DNA of 64,000 nucleotides, from contig JBQNAI010000005.1 of the NCBI GenBank assembly GCA_052170555.1, forward strand, positions 63,169-127,168. The letters run 5' to 3'. The stretch's first letter is position 1; each line of letters opens with the position of its first letter. Positions 10,159-21,110 of the stretch are shown one piece after another. This stretch comes from Bacteroidales bacterium. Lineage in GTDB: Bacteria; Bacteroidota; Bacteroidia; Bacteroidales; P3. The translations under genes and the position numbers were made by a program. The notes under the pieces are model-generated. The model made no database searches and had not been told where the DNA came from. It saw nothing but the letters and a program-made list of their open reading frames with translations.

Positions 10159-11667
10159 TTATTTATGTCCTCTTTCGTATTGCTTGCCCGCTTTACCAAC
10201 TACACCATAATCAAGCGTACCACGAGAAAGTGTACTCTCCCAGTACAGCTCTTGCGTCTCTCCCATAGCATTAGAATGCAATAAAAAATACTCTGCGAGA
10301 TTATCCTGTCTTGCATAAAATACGAACTTGCGATTACTTTCTCCGCGTGGTGTATGTTTATATACCCAAATCTGATAAGGGTAGTAAATAACCCCTTTAG
10401 TTTCGGAAGTATTAAGATCAGGATTCATTCTCTGTGCAAATTTATCTACATTGTTACTGCCTCCAGAAGATGCAAACTTTTCATCAATCACCTCATCAGG
10501 AACACCATATCCCAAATAAACTCGTCCCATGTCCGTATCATAACCCTTTTTAATAGGAGTAGAGTATTTTTCATTGACAAAGACAACCTGCTTAGAATAT
10601 TTTTTCCATTCTTTTTCAGGATCAATAGCATCTATTACTGAAAAAAATTGATAAATAAAATATCTATCTTGTGCTGGAGTTGAATATTTCAAATCTTTCA
10701 ATATATAACGTATCTGAATTTCCGAAGCAATTGGTCGCAATGATTTGATAGTTTCTTTCAATAAACTATCCGGAATATTATTTACAAAAGCATTTTTAGG
10801 AATATCTACATTTTCTTCTAAAACTCTCCTATCATTCTGCTTAAAGAAAGGGTAACGTTTATAGGCGTGCAAAATATTATCCCTGTCCCTCACTTCTACA
10901 GTCAAGTAATAAGACCCCTCAAGTAAACTCGCTAAATCTATTGTACCCAAATAAGAGGTTATTCTCTCTGCTTTTTGCCTTTTTATTTTTTGTAGACCAT
11001 TTATTCTAAGATTTGTATTAACGTTTTCCACAATTGTTGAAATAATATACACAGAATCAATACCAAATACTTTATCTGCATTATATACTTCTACATAATA
11101 ATTAATTACATTATGATCTTTACTAATTGAATCAAATAAATAAGGGTACATATCATACCCTCCCCTCGAATATATATTTTCTTTTGAAGTCTTTGTATAT
11201 TTATCTACTATCATTATATCCGAAAGGTTTATTTCGTTATCAGGATAAGAAATAACTATGATATCTTTGTAACTCATAGGTTGCATTGAAGAGTTGATAT
11301 CTCTAATTTCAAATATAACAATAAAGGTATCTGAAGAAAGCTTTATTCTTTGCATATCCGTCAACGAAATATTAACTAACTCATTAGAATCTATTACTTC
11401 AGGAGTTGTAATAATACGTTTATCCAAATATACTACCGAATCTGTATTGTGCATTTTATATATAAACGTTGTAAGTTCTGCTTGCTTTACATATTTGTCA
11501 GAAGAATTTTTAGTACATTTCAGAGAAGAAACATCTATAGAAGTATTTATCTCTGCATAGTCAACAGTTACCGAATGATATGTACGAAATGAATAAATAA
11601 TATTTATTTTTTGTGCATCTACCACAAAAGGTAAGATCAATAATATTGCAACAATTATTTTTTTCAT
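10159..11667 (-). CDS. GWxTD-domain secreted protein
   Basis: 502-aa ORF with signal peptide (VVDA|QK). The C-terminal segment KKGYDTDMGRVYLGYGVPDEV resembles the GWxTD motif. Confidence 0.6.
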   Translation of the reverse strand: MKKIIVAILLILPFVVDAQKINIIYSFRTYHSVTVDYAEINTSIDVSSLKCTKNSSDKYVKQAELTTFIYKMHNTDSVVYLDKRIITTPEVIDSNELVNISLTDMQRIKLSSDTFIVIFEIRDINSSMQPMSYKDIIVISYPDNEINLSDIMIVDKYTKTSKENIYSRGGYDMYPYLFDSISKDHNVINYYVEVYNADKVFGIDSVYIISTIVENVNTNLRINGLQKIKRQKAERITSYLGTIDLASLLEGSYYLTVEVRDRDNILHAYKRYPFFKQNDRRVLEENVDIPKNAFVNNIPDSLLKETIKSLRPIASEIQIRYILKDLKYSTPAQDRYFIYQFFSVIDAIDPEKEWKKYSKQVVFVNEKYSTPIKKGYDTDMGRVYLGYGVPDEVIDEKFASSGGSNNVDKFAQRMNPDLNTSETKGVIYYPYQIWVYKHTPRGESNRKFVFYARQDNLAEYFLLHSNAMGETQELYWESTLSRGTLDYGVVGKAGKQYERGHK

Positions 11668-11700
11668 TACTCTTTACTTGATTAAACTTCTAATGGTTGG

Positions 11701-11708
11701 CAAAGTTA
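11701..11708 (-). promoter_or_regulatory. -7 box TAACTTTG
   Basis: Exact TAnnTTTG on the minus strand, 33 nt upstream of the start at 11667. Confidence 0.55.
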
Positions 11709-11774
11709 CAAATATTTTTTTAAATAAAAAGTAATTTTATTTTCTTACTACAATAAAAAATAAAGGGAATATCG

Positions 11775-11782
11775 TACCTTCG
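11775..11782 (+). promoter_or_regulatory. -7 box variant TACCTTCG
   Basis: One-mismatch TAnnTTTG, 22 nt upstream of the ATG at 11805. The same variant precedes tcdA. Confidence 0.45.
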
Positions 11783-11804
11783 CAACTTAAATAATTTGTC
11801 TGCA

Positions 11805-12680
11805 ATGAACAAAATACTATTAGTAGAATTAATTCTAATATTCAATCTGTCTGTTTTGCAGGCACAAGAAAAAAAACAAATAATAGATACTACAATTTAT
11901 ACGGAATCTTCTTACAAAAAAATATGCATGTTTGATATCTTATGGAATGATTACATGGCAAGTCCAATTAATAGAAAAGAAAAAATAGATTGTTATTCCA
12001 GATATGCTAAACTTTTCCTCCAATCAATATATGGACAAATTACCGCTCCCATAATTTATGTAGGATATTATTTATCCAGAAAAAAAATAACTCATAAACT
12101 CGAAAATTTCTACAAATTAAATAATTTATCTAATATCGAAAATATCGGGAAAGATATTGTAAATGGTATTGTTTTGAAAGAAGATTTAAAAAAATATTTA
12201 GGCTATTTCTATTATAACCTTTGGCTCTATGGAGACACTGATGACCCAATTATTTCCGGAGGAGTTCCCAATGATTACAAACCTAATCTACCTGTATTTC
12301 AAAGACGATGGTTTTATTCTGGTGTAAGAAATGCTCGTTGGAATGCTACGTATATTAATAATTATAGTAATGATATTGTAATGATACAAACATCTTATGA
12401 CACAAGAAAAGGTGTTGTTACCAGCAACTACGGTACAGGAGATACTCAACTAGGTGTGTGGCTTAGGTGGTATGTGGACAATAAAGGCAGATGGTGGTTT
12501 TTCTATGAAAATACAAAAATAACCAAAAATAATAAAGGAAAATTATTTTACTTCGGTGCAGTAGGGTTAAGTCAATATAAAGACGGTAAAGTCTCTCCAA
12601 ATAACAAAAACATGCAACGCATAAGAAAAAAATGTAGATTTGAGTTTTCTCTCAACAGAGAAGTATTCATAAAAGAATAA
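11805..12680 (+). CDS. hypothetical secreted protein (Trp/Tyr/Asn-rich)
   Basis: 291-aa ORF from the first ATG with signal peptide (VLQA|QE). No family recognised. Confidence 0.5.
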   Translation: MNKILLVELILIFNLSVLQAQEKKQIIDTTIYTESSYKKICMFDILWNDYMASPINRKEKIDCYSRYAKLFLQSIYGQITAPIIYVGYYLSRKKITHKLENFYKLNNLSNIENIGKDIVNGIVLKEDLKKYLGYFYYNLWLYGDTDDPIISGGVPNDYKPNLPVFQRRWFYSGVRNARWNATYINNYSNDIVMIQTSYDTRKGVVTSNYGTGDTQLGVWLRWYVDNKGRWWFFYENTKITKNNKGKLFYFGAVGLSQYKDGKVSPNNKNMQRIRKKCRFEFSLNREVFIKE

Positions 12681-14695
12681 TTTATTTATCGTTATTACAA
12701 GTTGTATACATTCAACATAATAATTAATCTGTTTAGTATTTTATTTTTTGTATCCCAGATATAAAACTTCTATAAAAGTATTTGAACAAATAACATTTAT
12801 CACACAAATCATATGGCGGAACAACACAAAAATAATAGGATATACTATACTTCTTCTCTATCTCAATATCTATTTGAGTAAAATGTATTGATAATTTTTT
12901 CAAATAATCAATATCTTTACTGATCACTTTCATCTAAATAAACTCAATATTCAAAATTTCATTCACCATAATTCAACAAAATTTCATAAAATAAGATTCA
13001 ATTAAAAAGTCCTGCTGAAAAACAAATTCTTCCTCTTTCATATGTTTTTATTCTACTCTATCCAAAGCATATGTTTGCAAACATTCATCCTCCTTTTTGT
13101 TAACAAAAACGAATTCTATTGAAAAAATTTATCCCATAAGTTTTCTCTATAACACACTCTCTTATCTTAGGAACAGACTTCCTGTATTCAACATCTATCT
13201 CGCCATAAAAGGTCATCTCGTATAACAAATTTGCAACGTAGATACCTTCTGTAAAAATTTTAATAGTTCAAATATATAACGTATTCAATTAGCAAATTCT
13301 ACAATATCTTTATATTTATAACAAGTAAGTAGATGTTTAAGAATATCTAATAATAAAAAAATCATATTTCTTAATAACATTAGTCCATGCAATAGGTTAG
13401 AACAACTATCTGACAATCGCCAACGATACAAATACTTTAAAGGATATCAAACCTAGGAGGACAAAATAGTTAATAATTCAATGACAAAGATTATTCTTAA
13501 TCTCAGATTTTTTTGATATGGAACAAGCATATGATTATTTTGATAAAGATATACAAATGCGCAGAAGAAAGAAAATAGTATTCTAAGTACAATAACGGAA
13601 ATGCTAAATTTAGATATAGACTATAAATCTACATTTTTTCGCATCCAAGTATATGGAACTTAATCATAATTTCATATCAACTGATGACCAATATAAATTT
13701 TTAATAAACCAGATAATCCAAATAAACAATATTAAAGATTACATTCATCTTGCAAATTATAACATAAACTATTAGGGATGGATAAGTATATTTTTAAATT
13801 AATTCTAAACATATAAGCACATCAGAAAATTTCAAGTGTAAAATTAAAAGCTATAATGCAGAGGAATGAAGAATTGTAGCTTCTACTTACTCAATAGATT
13901 GTTACACTATACGCCATCAGTAAGAAGCTTTCGAACAAAAAGTTATTTACTGATTAAAATCAAATGGAGTCATTAATGGAAACACGAGGATAGTGAATAA
14001 ATTAAATTATCCAAAAATAAGGAAAATTTAAATTCACACAATCTATTTGATGATACAAAACAGAATACAGAAACAAAATTAAGTTATTGAGATAAATTCT
14101 CCAAATTGAAATATTTATCTAATTCTATAACCACATTCTATGGACATAAAGAAGATATATTTTTTCATATTTAATAATAAAAAAAATAAAAGCGAAAAAA
14201 CAAAAACGATAAAATAAATAAATCACAAGTCGTGAAATAAAAAATTATACAGAAGAAATATAATACAGAAAAAATTAGTAAGAAATGTATTGCAAAAGCT
14301 ACACCTTATGCCATGACATAAGACAAGCAAGATCTTTCTTGATAAAAAGAATACAGGAAACAAACTTTATGAAATTTTAAAATATGAAAGAAACAGCTAA
14401 TTTATATATATCCTTAAAAAATCTGGACTATCAAAATCTAATATTCTTAAATTAGCTCACTATTTTACCCAAAAATAAAGACAACGAATTAAAAGAAAAT
14501 AAAAAACTACAATCTATAGAAAAGATAGAGATAAAAACAGAAACAGCAAAAATGAAAAAATAACTTAATGTAGCATTTTAATAAAAAATATTGCTTAAAT
14601 TACAACTGTTTTTCGTTTCAGAAAAATAGTTCATAAGTAGTTATTTTACAAAAAAGTCAACAAGAAAAAGAATTAACCATTTTCCTATAAAAAGA

Positions 14696-14732
14696 ATAAC
14701 TGTTTAAAGCCATAAAAACCATAAACAGTTAT
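14696..14732 (-). terminator. hairpin terminator after folD
   Basis: ataactgttta (14696-14706) and taaacagttat (14722-14732) form a perfect 11-bp stem. A T-run follows on the minus strand. Confidence 0.6.
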
Positions 14733-14759
14733 ACATATCTTAAAAAGTTGTTATTTTTT

Positions 14760-15662
14760 TCATATCTCGTGTTCGTAAATCTCATGTTTATACGCTTTCA
14801 GCGTATTAATGAGCAAAGAAACTATTGTCATAGGTCCCACCCCACCTGGAACAGGTGTGATATATGAACATTTAGGAGCAACTTTATCAAAATCAACATC
14901 GCCAATAATGTGATAACCTTTTTCACTCTTATCTTCTACTCTATGAATACCGACGTCAATAACAATAGCTCCCTGTTTAACCATATCCTCCGTTACAAAG
15001 AGAGGTTTTCCTATCGCAGCTATTAAAATATCTGCCTGAGAACAAATTTCCTTCAAGTTTTTTGTACGAGAATGACATAATGTAACGGTACAATCCATAC
15101 CTTTTCTCGACATTAATACGGCCATAGGAGTTCCAACAATATCACTACGTCCCAAAACTACACAGTTTTTCCCCACAGTCTCAATTCCTGAACGTTCTAT
15201 CAACGTAATAATACCAAACGGTGTAGCCGGAAGATAAGAAGGCATAGACAAAAGCATTCTACCCGCATTAACAGGATGAAAACCATCTACATCTTTTTTA
15301 GGATCTACGTGAGCAATAACATTTTTAGTATTGATATGCTTAGGAAGTGGCAACTGTACAATATATCCATCCACCTCTGAATCATTATTTAAATAATCCA
15401 AAGTCTCTAAAAACTCTTTTTCAGATATGGTTTCGGGAAACTTGTATAAGGACGAGGTAAACCCAACTTCCATACTCTGTTTTTCCTTGCTTTTAACATA
15501 AGACAAAGATGCACCATCATTACCCACAAGAACAGCAACAAGGTGAGGAGGTCTTTTACCACAATCTAGTAACTTAGATACCTCCAATTTAATTTCGTTT
15601 TTAATCGTCTGAGCAATAACTTTGCCATCAATAAAAATAGTTTTTTTATTATTTTCTGCCAT
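14760..15662 (-). CDS. folD: bifunctional methylenetetrahydrofolate dehydrogenase / methenyl-THF cyclohydrolase
   Basis: 300-aa ORF with the YVKSK segment, GRSDIVGTPMA, and PVPGGVGPMT at the C-terminus. Confidence 0.95.
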   Translation of the reverse strand: MAENNKKTIFIDGKVIAQTIKNEIKLEVSKLLDCGKRPPHLVAVLVGNDGASLSYVKSKEKQSMEVGFTSSLYKFPETISEKEFLETLDYLNNDSEVDGYIVQLPLPKHINTKNVIAHVDPKKDVDGFHPVNAGRMLLSMPSYLPATPFGIITLIERSGIETVGKNCVVLGRSDIVGTPMAVLMSRKGMDCTVTLCHSRTKNLKEICSQADILIAAIGKPLFVTEDMVKQGAIVIDVGIHRVEDKSEKGYHIIGDVDFDKVAPKCSYITPVPGGVGPMTIVSLLINTLKAYKHEIYEHEI

Positions 15663-15726
15663 CTCTTATTATATGATATTTTAGTTGTTCTATGTAGCCT
15701 ACGTCAACCTATATTAAATACACCAA

Positions 15727-17067
15727 TTATCTCTTTGCAAATTTTTTCATATTTCGCATTTGTTTCAATTGTTGCATTTTGTTACCAGATAAAGAACGCA
15801 TCATCTTTCTTGTTTGATCAAATTGTTTAATCAGTTTGTTTACCTCTTCTAATTTACAACCTGACCCTTTCGCAATACGATTCTTTCTGGAAACATCTAT
15901 AATATCAGGATTATTTCTCTCTTGCGGAGTCATAGATCCTATAATTGCTTCTATGTATTTGAAAGCATCATCTTTGATATCTACACCTTTCAACGCCTTT
16001 CCAACACCTGGTATCATACCTACCAAATCTTTTAAATTTCCCATTTTCTTTATCTGATTAATCTGAGATAAAAAATCATTATAATCAAAAGAATTTGTAT
16101 GTATTTTCTTACTTAATTTTCTCGCTTCTTCTTCATTATATTGCTGTTCTGCCCTTTCTACCAAGGAGACTATATCTCCCATACCCAATATACGATTAGC
16201 CATTCTGTCAGGATGGAATACATCCAAAGCATCCAACTTCTCCCCTATCGACATGAACTTTATAGGCTTAGAAACTACTCGTCTAATAGTCAAAGCTGCA
16301 CCCCCACGAGTATCACCATCAAGCTTAGTTAGTACCACACCATCATAATTCAATTTATCATGGAAGATCTTGGCCGTATTTACCGCATCCTGACCAGTCA
16401 TAGAATCTACAACAAACAAAGTTTCTGTAGGATTTACAGCCTGCTTGATATTGGCAATCTCAACCATCATCTCCTCATCAACAGCTAAACGTCCAGCAGT
16501 GTCTATAATAACTACGTTATAATTTTCTGCTTTCGCTTTTTTTATAGCATTCAACGCTATTTTAACGGGATCTTTATTATCATCCTCACGATAAACATCT
16601 ACTTGCACACTATCAGCGATTACCTGCAATTGATTAATAGCGGCAGGTCTATATACATCTCCCGCTGTTAAAAGAACTTTTTTGTTATTTTTTGATTTAA
16701 GATATAAAGCAAGTTTTCCAGAAAAGGTGGTTTTTCCAGAACCCTGCAATCCTGCCACAAGTATAACGGCTGGATTACCTTTAGTGTTTATTTCTTCGGT
16801 AGAAGTCCCCATTAAGGTAACAAGCTCATCGTGTACCATTTTAATCATCATCTGCCCAGGCTCTACACTCGTAAGAACATTTTGTCCCAACGCTTTCCTT
16901 TTTACTTCATCACAAAACTCTTTGGCAATGGAATATGACACGTCAGCATCTATCAAAGCTTTTCTAACCTCTTTAATACTTTCAGAAATATTTATTTCCG
17001 TTATTTTGCCATTACCCTTTATGATTTTGAATGCTCTGTCTAATTTCTCCGATAAATTCTCAAACAT
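15727..17067 (-). CDS. ffh: signal recognition particle protein
   Basis: MFENLSEKL start as in Ffh homologues, GLQGSGKTT, DTAGR, TKLDGD, and a Met-rich M domain. The track ORF adds 18 upstream codons, which I consider unlikely to be translated. Confidence 0.93.
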   Translation of the reverse strand: MFENLSEKLDRAFKIIKGNGKITEINISESIKEVRKALIDADVSYSIAKEFCDEVKRKALGQNVLTSVEPGQMMIKMVHDELVTLMGTSTEEINTKGNPAVILVAGLQGSGKTTFSGKLALYLKSKNNKKVLLTAGDVYRPAAINQLQVIADSVQVDVYREDDNKDPVKIALNAIKKAKAENYNVVIIDTAGRLAVDEEMMVEIANIKQAVNPTETLFVVDSMTGQDAVNTAKIFHDKLNYDGVVLTKLDGDTRGGAALTIRRVVSKPIKFMSIGEKLDALDVFHPDRMANRILGMGDIVSLVERAEQQYNEEEARKLSKKIHTNSFDYNDFLSQINQIKKMGNLKDLVGMIPGVGKALKGVDIKDDAFKYIEAIIGSMTPQERNNPDIIDVSRKNRIAKGSGCKLEEVNKLIKQFDQTRKMMRSLSGNKMQQLKQMRNMKKFAKR

Positions 17068-17157
17068 TTTCTTCTCTCCTTTTTGTAATATACTTACCTT
17101 ATAACCAAGGTATTTCATCAAAACTAATAAAAAAAAAGTCTCACCGTCTTAACACTG

Positions 17158-17165
17158 CAAAGTTA
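17158..17165 (-). promoter_or_regulatory. -7 box TAACTTTG for ffh-folD
   Basis: Exact TAnnTTTG on the minus strand, upstream of ffh. Confidence 0.5.
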
Positions 17166-17282
17166 CTAAATTTTAACAAAAGGACAACGAATCTTATTAA
17201 TTATTTATTTTGCATATATAAAATCAATATTATTTATAGTCACATAAACAATAAGTTGCACCACTAGTCAATACCATAAACT

Positions 17283-17346
17283 GAAGTGGGACATTATAAA
17301 ATTCTTTCTTGATATTGGTAAAATAAAGTGCGTAATAAATTCTTTC
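17283..17346 (+). repeat. intergenic mosaic repeat (M1 + M2 + M1)
   Basis: gaagtgggacat (17283-17294), aaattctttcttgatatt (17299-17316) and aaataaagtgcgtaataaattctttc (17321-17346). Confidence 0.65.
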
Positions 17347-17429
17347 AATCCATACACACCTTTGTTTTATAAAATTACAAATCGTATTGTTCTGTTAATT
17401 TTATATAGTTAATCCTGACATAACAAACA

Positions 17430-18767
17430 TCAATCAACCTCCAATTTAAATATTGTTTGAGTTTTGTCAGTTATCTTATATCTATCATCTATCCTCACAC
17501 CTATTACCCATATAATATCTTCACCATTACATAACAACCACTGACTTTCTTTTTCTAAAATAGAATATTTATTATTTGTAAAGAAATCAGAAAGTTTTTG
17601 TTTGCCCTTAAATCCAAAAGGCATAAAAAAATCCCCTTTCTGCCAGTGGCGCAGAATCAATGGAAATCGTAATTTATCATAGTCAAACATAGCAATACTT
17701 TTAGATTTAGGGATTTTAATAAAATTCAAATCACGCAATACCTCACTGTGTAATTTGATAGGAGAAGTTATGTTAGTTTGATAATCATTCAAAGTATAAT
17801 TTTGTTTTATTTTATCATCTTCCTCTTTTGGTGTAATCAATAAATGGTGTCTATCTATGACTAATCTATAATTCTCACTATAAAATTGTTTCCCTGAAGA
17901 ATTATCATCATCAATAATTTCACAAATAGAGTTTATATTCGTTTCATTAAAACCAAATTCAGACAAAATCTCATACAAATAAATATGTATGGGTGTAAGT
18001 TTTCTCAGCTCTTTTAACTCTATTGTTGTAACAGAGTCCTTTGTTTGTAAAAGTTCTTTTTTTGTCTTATCCACAACAACTCTGAAAATCTGTTCCGTCT
18101 CCCTCAAACGCTCTATATCTCTCCGTATAATTACATCAAAATTTGGTGATATTTCCTTTAATATTGGTACAATCTCATTTCTAATTTTATTTCTTGTATA
18201 CTTGTTATCTTTATTCGTAGAATCCTCAACATAAAGAACATTGTGCTTCTGAGCATATTCTTTTATCTTCCTACGAGATGTGAAAAGCATTGGACGAATA
18301 ATATTATTAATTTTGGGAAGTATGCCATGAAGTCCGGCAATTCCTGTCCCTCTCAATAAATTTATCAAAAAGGTTTCTGCACTATCATCCCCATGATGAG
18401 CCGTAGCCAACAAAGTAAACCTATGTTCCGACATAATCTTTTGAAACCAATCATAACGCAAATCTCTTGCTGACACTTCTAAACTTTTTTTATTCTCCTC
18501 CATGTAAGCAAAGGTATCAAATTCTTGCTTAAACAAAAGAATATTATTTCGGATCGCATAATCACTTACAAATTTCTCATCACGATCAGATTCTGCCCCA
18601 CGAAGGTGAAAATTGCAGTGAGCAATGGCGTAATTACAACCAAGGCGTCTGAATAGGTCCGCCATAACCATAGAATCTATTCCACCACTAACTGCAAGTA
18701 ATATTTTATCATTATGAATATCAAAAAGACAATTCTCCTTATTATATCTAATAAACTCTTGATACAT
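17430..18767 (-). CDS. tilS: tRNA(Ile)-lysidine synthetase
   Basis: 445-aa ORF with PP-loop SGGIDS near the N-terminus and a TilS-type C-terminal domain. Confidence 0.9.
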   Translation of the reverse strand: MYQEFIRYNKENCLFDIHNDKILLAVSGGIDSMVMADLFRRLGCNYAIAHCNFHLRGAESDRDEKFVSDYAIRNNILLFKQEFDTFAYMEENKKSLEVSARDLRYDWFQKIMSEHRFTLLATAHHGDDSAETFLINLLRGTGIAGLHGILPKINNIIRPMLFTSRRKIKEYAQKHNVLYVEDSTNKDNKYTRNKIRNEIVPILKEISPNFDVIIRRDIERLRETEQIFRVVVDKTKKELLQTKDSVTTIELKELRKLTPIHIYLYEILSEFGFNETNINSICEIIDDDNSSGKQFYSENYRLVIDRHHLLITPKEEDDKIKQNYTLNDYQTNITSPIKLHSEVLRDLNFIKIPKSKSIAMFDYDKLRFPLILRHWQKGDFFMPFGFKGKQKLSDFFTNNKYSILEKESQWLLCNGEDIIWVIGVRIDDRYKITDKTQTIFKLEVD

Positions 18768-18848
18768 CCGATTTGTATAATTTTTTATATGTGATTAGTA
18801 ATATGATTATACAACAAATAATATTTATCACATATTACATAGATTATT

Positions 18849-21020
18849 TTAAAGATTTTTTTCAATAAAAGAAGTCATCATTTGGTATAAATGATAACGA
18901 ACATTCCCTCCATAAATAGAATGATTTTTATCCGGATAAGTAAATTGTAGAAACTGTTTATTATTTTTAATCAGAGCATCAGTAAATTTCATTGTATTCT
19001 GTAAATGAACATTATCATCAGCACTACCGTGTATCAATAAATAATTCCCAATGAGTTCATTAGCAAAGTTGATAGGACTATTGTCATCATAACCACTTGG
19101 ATTTTCTTGTGGGGTACGCATAAATCTTTCAGTATATACATTGTCATAAGTACGCCAGTTTGTTACAGGAGCAACTGCTATAGCTGTCTTAAAATATTCA
19201 TGTCCCCTCGTAATACACAATGAAGACAGATAACCGCCAAAAGACCATCCAAAAATACCTATTCTAGCCTTATCTACGTAGTCAAGCTTTCCGAAATATT
19301 TTGCTGCTTCCATTTGGTCAAAACATTCCTTATCTCCCAAATTCAAATATGTACATTTTTTAAATTGACTACCTCTCATTCCCGTTCCTCGTCCATCTAC
19401 ACAAGCAACAATATAGCCTTTGATAGTTAAAAATCTAAACCACATGTAATCAAAAAACCTTGACTGGGAATTAAGTACCTCTTGACTACCTGGACCTCCA
19501 TAAACATAAAATAACACAGGGTATTTTTTTGTTGGATCAAAATCCTTAGGTTTCAAGATCCAATAATAAAGAGTATCTCCCAATGAAGTAGTAAAAGAAG
19601 AGAATTCTTTATTTGGCAAATTATAATCTCTCAACTGTTCGCCTAACATCTGATTATCTTCCAATGTAATTAAACATTTGCCTTTATTGTCATTTATTGA
19701 GTATTTTGTAGGATTTGTTGCATTGGAATAAGACGAGATATAATACATTCCGTTATTAGAAAAGGTAGCTGTATATATACCCAAATGTTGAGGGTCCGAA
19801 ATCTGAACAAGTGTTCTACCATTCAAACTAACTTTGAATAGTTCTCTATTGTATGGAAAAGTGCTTGCAGCAGTAAAGTATAGGTATTTATCCTGTGGAT
19901 CTACAAAACATATATTATCCACATCATAACTACCCTTTGTAATGGGAACAATTTTTTTTGTATAAATATTCAAAAGATATAAGTTCATATAACCATTCCT
20001 TTCACTCCTAACAATTGCATTCTTCTTGTCATTCAAAAAAATTACATCCTCCGGTTGTTCAATATAACATCTATCTGTATCTACAAAAACTAAAGAAGAC
20101 TGATAACTAGTAGTATTAACCAAATATAAACGTAGTTCATTCTGATGTCTATTCATCCACGTATAGCACAATTGATTATTATCCTTAGTCCATGAGATAC
20201 GTGGCAAATATATATCCTCTTTTTCGGGAATATTGATTTTATGACTCTTACCATCATTAAAATCATATACATATATATCTACAACAGAATTATCTTCTCC
20301 CGCCTTAGGGTATTTGTAGGTATGATTTTTCGGATATATGGAATCACCCAAATAAAAAGGAATAGTATACTGCTTAACCTCGGATTCATCAAAGCGATAA
20401 TAAGCGATCTTATCTGAACTACTATTCCAAAAAAAACCTTTGGTTATGGCAAATTCTTCTTCGTACACCCAGTCCGTCGTTCCATTGATAACATAATTAT
20501 GTTTCCCATCATACGTTATCTGCTTCTCTGTCATGCTAATCAAATCAGTAACGTAGAGATTATTATCTTTTACAAAAGCTATCTTTTCCGCTGAAGGAGA
20601 AAACTCTGCCAACCTAACCTTATCTTGTCTCAACTTAATAACATTTTTATTCTCTACATCATATATGTAGTAATCTGCAATATAGGAATGGCGATAAATA
20701 TACTCGGGATTGACCACCAAAAGAATTTTTTGACTATCCTTACTGATAGAATAATCAACAACCACACTGTTTTTATCTAACGAAAGATTTGTAAATTCCA
20801 CCAAATAACCTACCCTCTTACCTGTTTTATATTCATATTTTTCAATGCCTTTATGTGTAAGTATACAATAATGTTCTCCATCTTCCATGGAACGTATCTC
20901 ACTTATTGATTTGGGACGAAAAGTATAATTTTGCCAAATATCTTCTAATGTAATACTTTTTTGTGTATAGACACTGACACTACAAACCAATCCCACAAAC
21001 AAAATAAACAACTGTTTCAT
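18849..21020 (-). CDS. dipeptidyl-peptidase IV (S9B serine peptidase)
   Basis: Signal peptide (VYT|QK), long beta-propeller region, GWSFGGY nucleophile elbow and DDNVH. The start could also be 21035. Confidence 0.88.
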   Translation of the reverse strand: MKQLFILFVGLVCSVSVYTQKSITLEDIWQNYTFRPKSISEIRSMEDGEHYCILTHKGIEKYEYKTGKRVGYLVEFTNLSLDKNSVVVDYSISKDSQKILLVVNPEYIYRHSYIADYYIYDVENKNVIKLRQDKVRLAEFSPSAEKIAFVKDNNLYVTDLISMTEKQITYDGKHNYVINGTTDWVYEEEFAITKGFFWNSSSDKIAYYRFDESEVKQYTIPFYLGDSIYPKNHTYKYPKAGEDNSVVDIYVYDFNDGKSHKINIPEKEDIYLPRISWTKDNNQLCYTWMNRHQNELRLYLVNTTSYQSSLVFVDTDRCYIEQPEDVIFLNDKKNAIVRSERNGYMNLYLLNIYTKKIVPITKGSYDVDNICFVDPQDKYLYFTAASTFPYNRELFKVSLNGRTLVQISDPQHLGIYTATFSNNGMYYISSYSNATNPTKYSINDNKGKCLITLEDNQMLGEQLRDYNLPNKEFSSFTTSLGDTLYYWILKPKDFDPTKKYPVLFYVYGGPGSQEVLNSQSRFFDYMWFRFLTIKGYIVACVDGRGTGMRGSQFKKCTYLNLGDKECFDQMEAAKYFGKLDYVDKARIGIFGWSFGGYLSSLCITRGHEYFKTAIAVAPVTNWRTYDNVYTERFMRTPQENPSGYDDNSPINFANELIGNYLLIHGSADDNVHLQNTMKFTDALIKNNKQFLQFTYPDKNHSIYGGNVRYHLYQMMTSFIEKNL

Positions 21021-21110
21021 TTTATTTTTTCTCATTATATCTTATTTATTTGCACACAATCCAAAACAACAGATTATATAGAATACGAGTCATCCATATA
21101 TAACCGTCTA

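Noticed and set aside
12733-12933. 66-aa minus-strand ORF as a real gene
   Set aside because: It has no promoter box, odd composition, and sits in the decayed ORF-free region. It is more likely a relic fragment, so it is mentioned only in the finding on that region.
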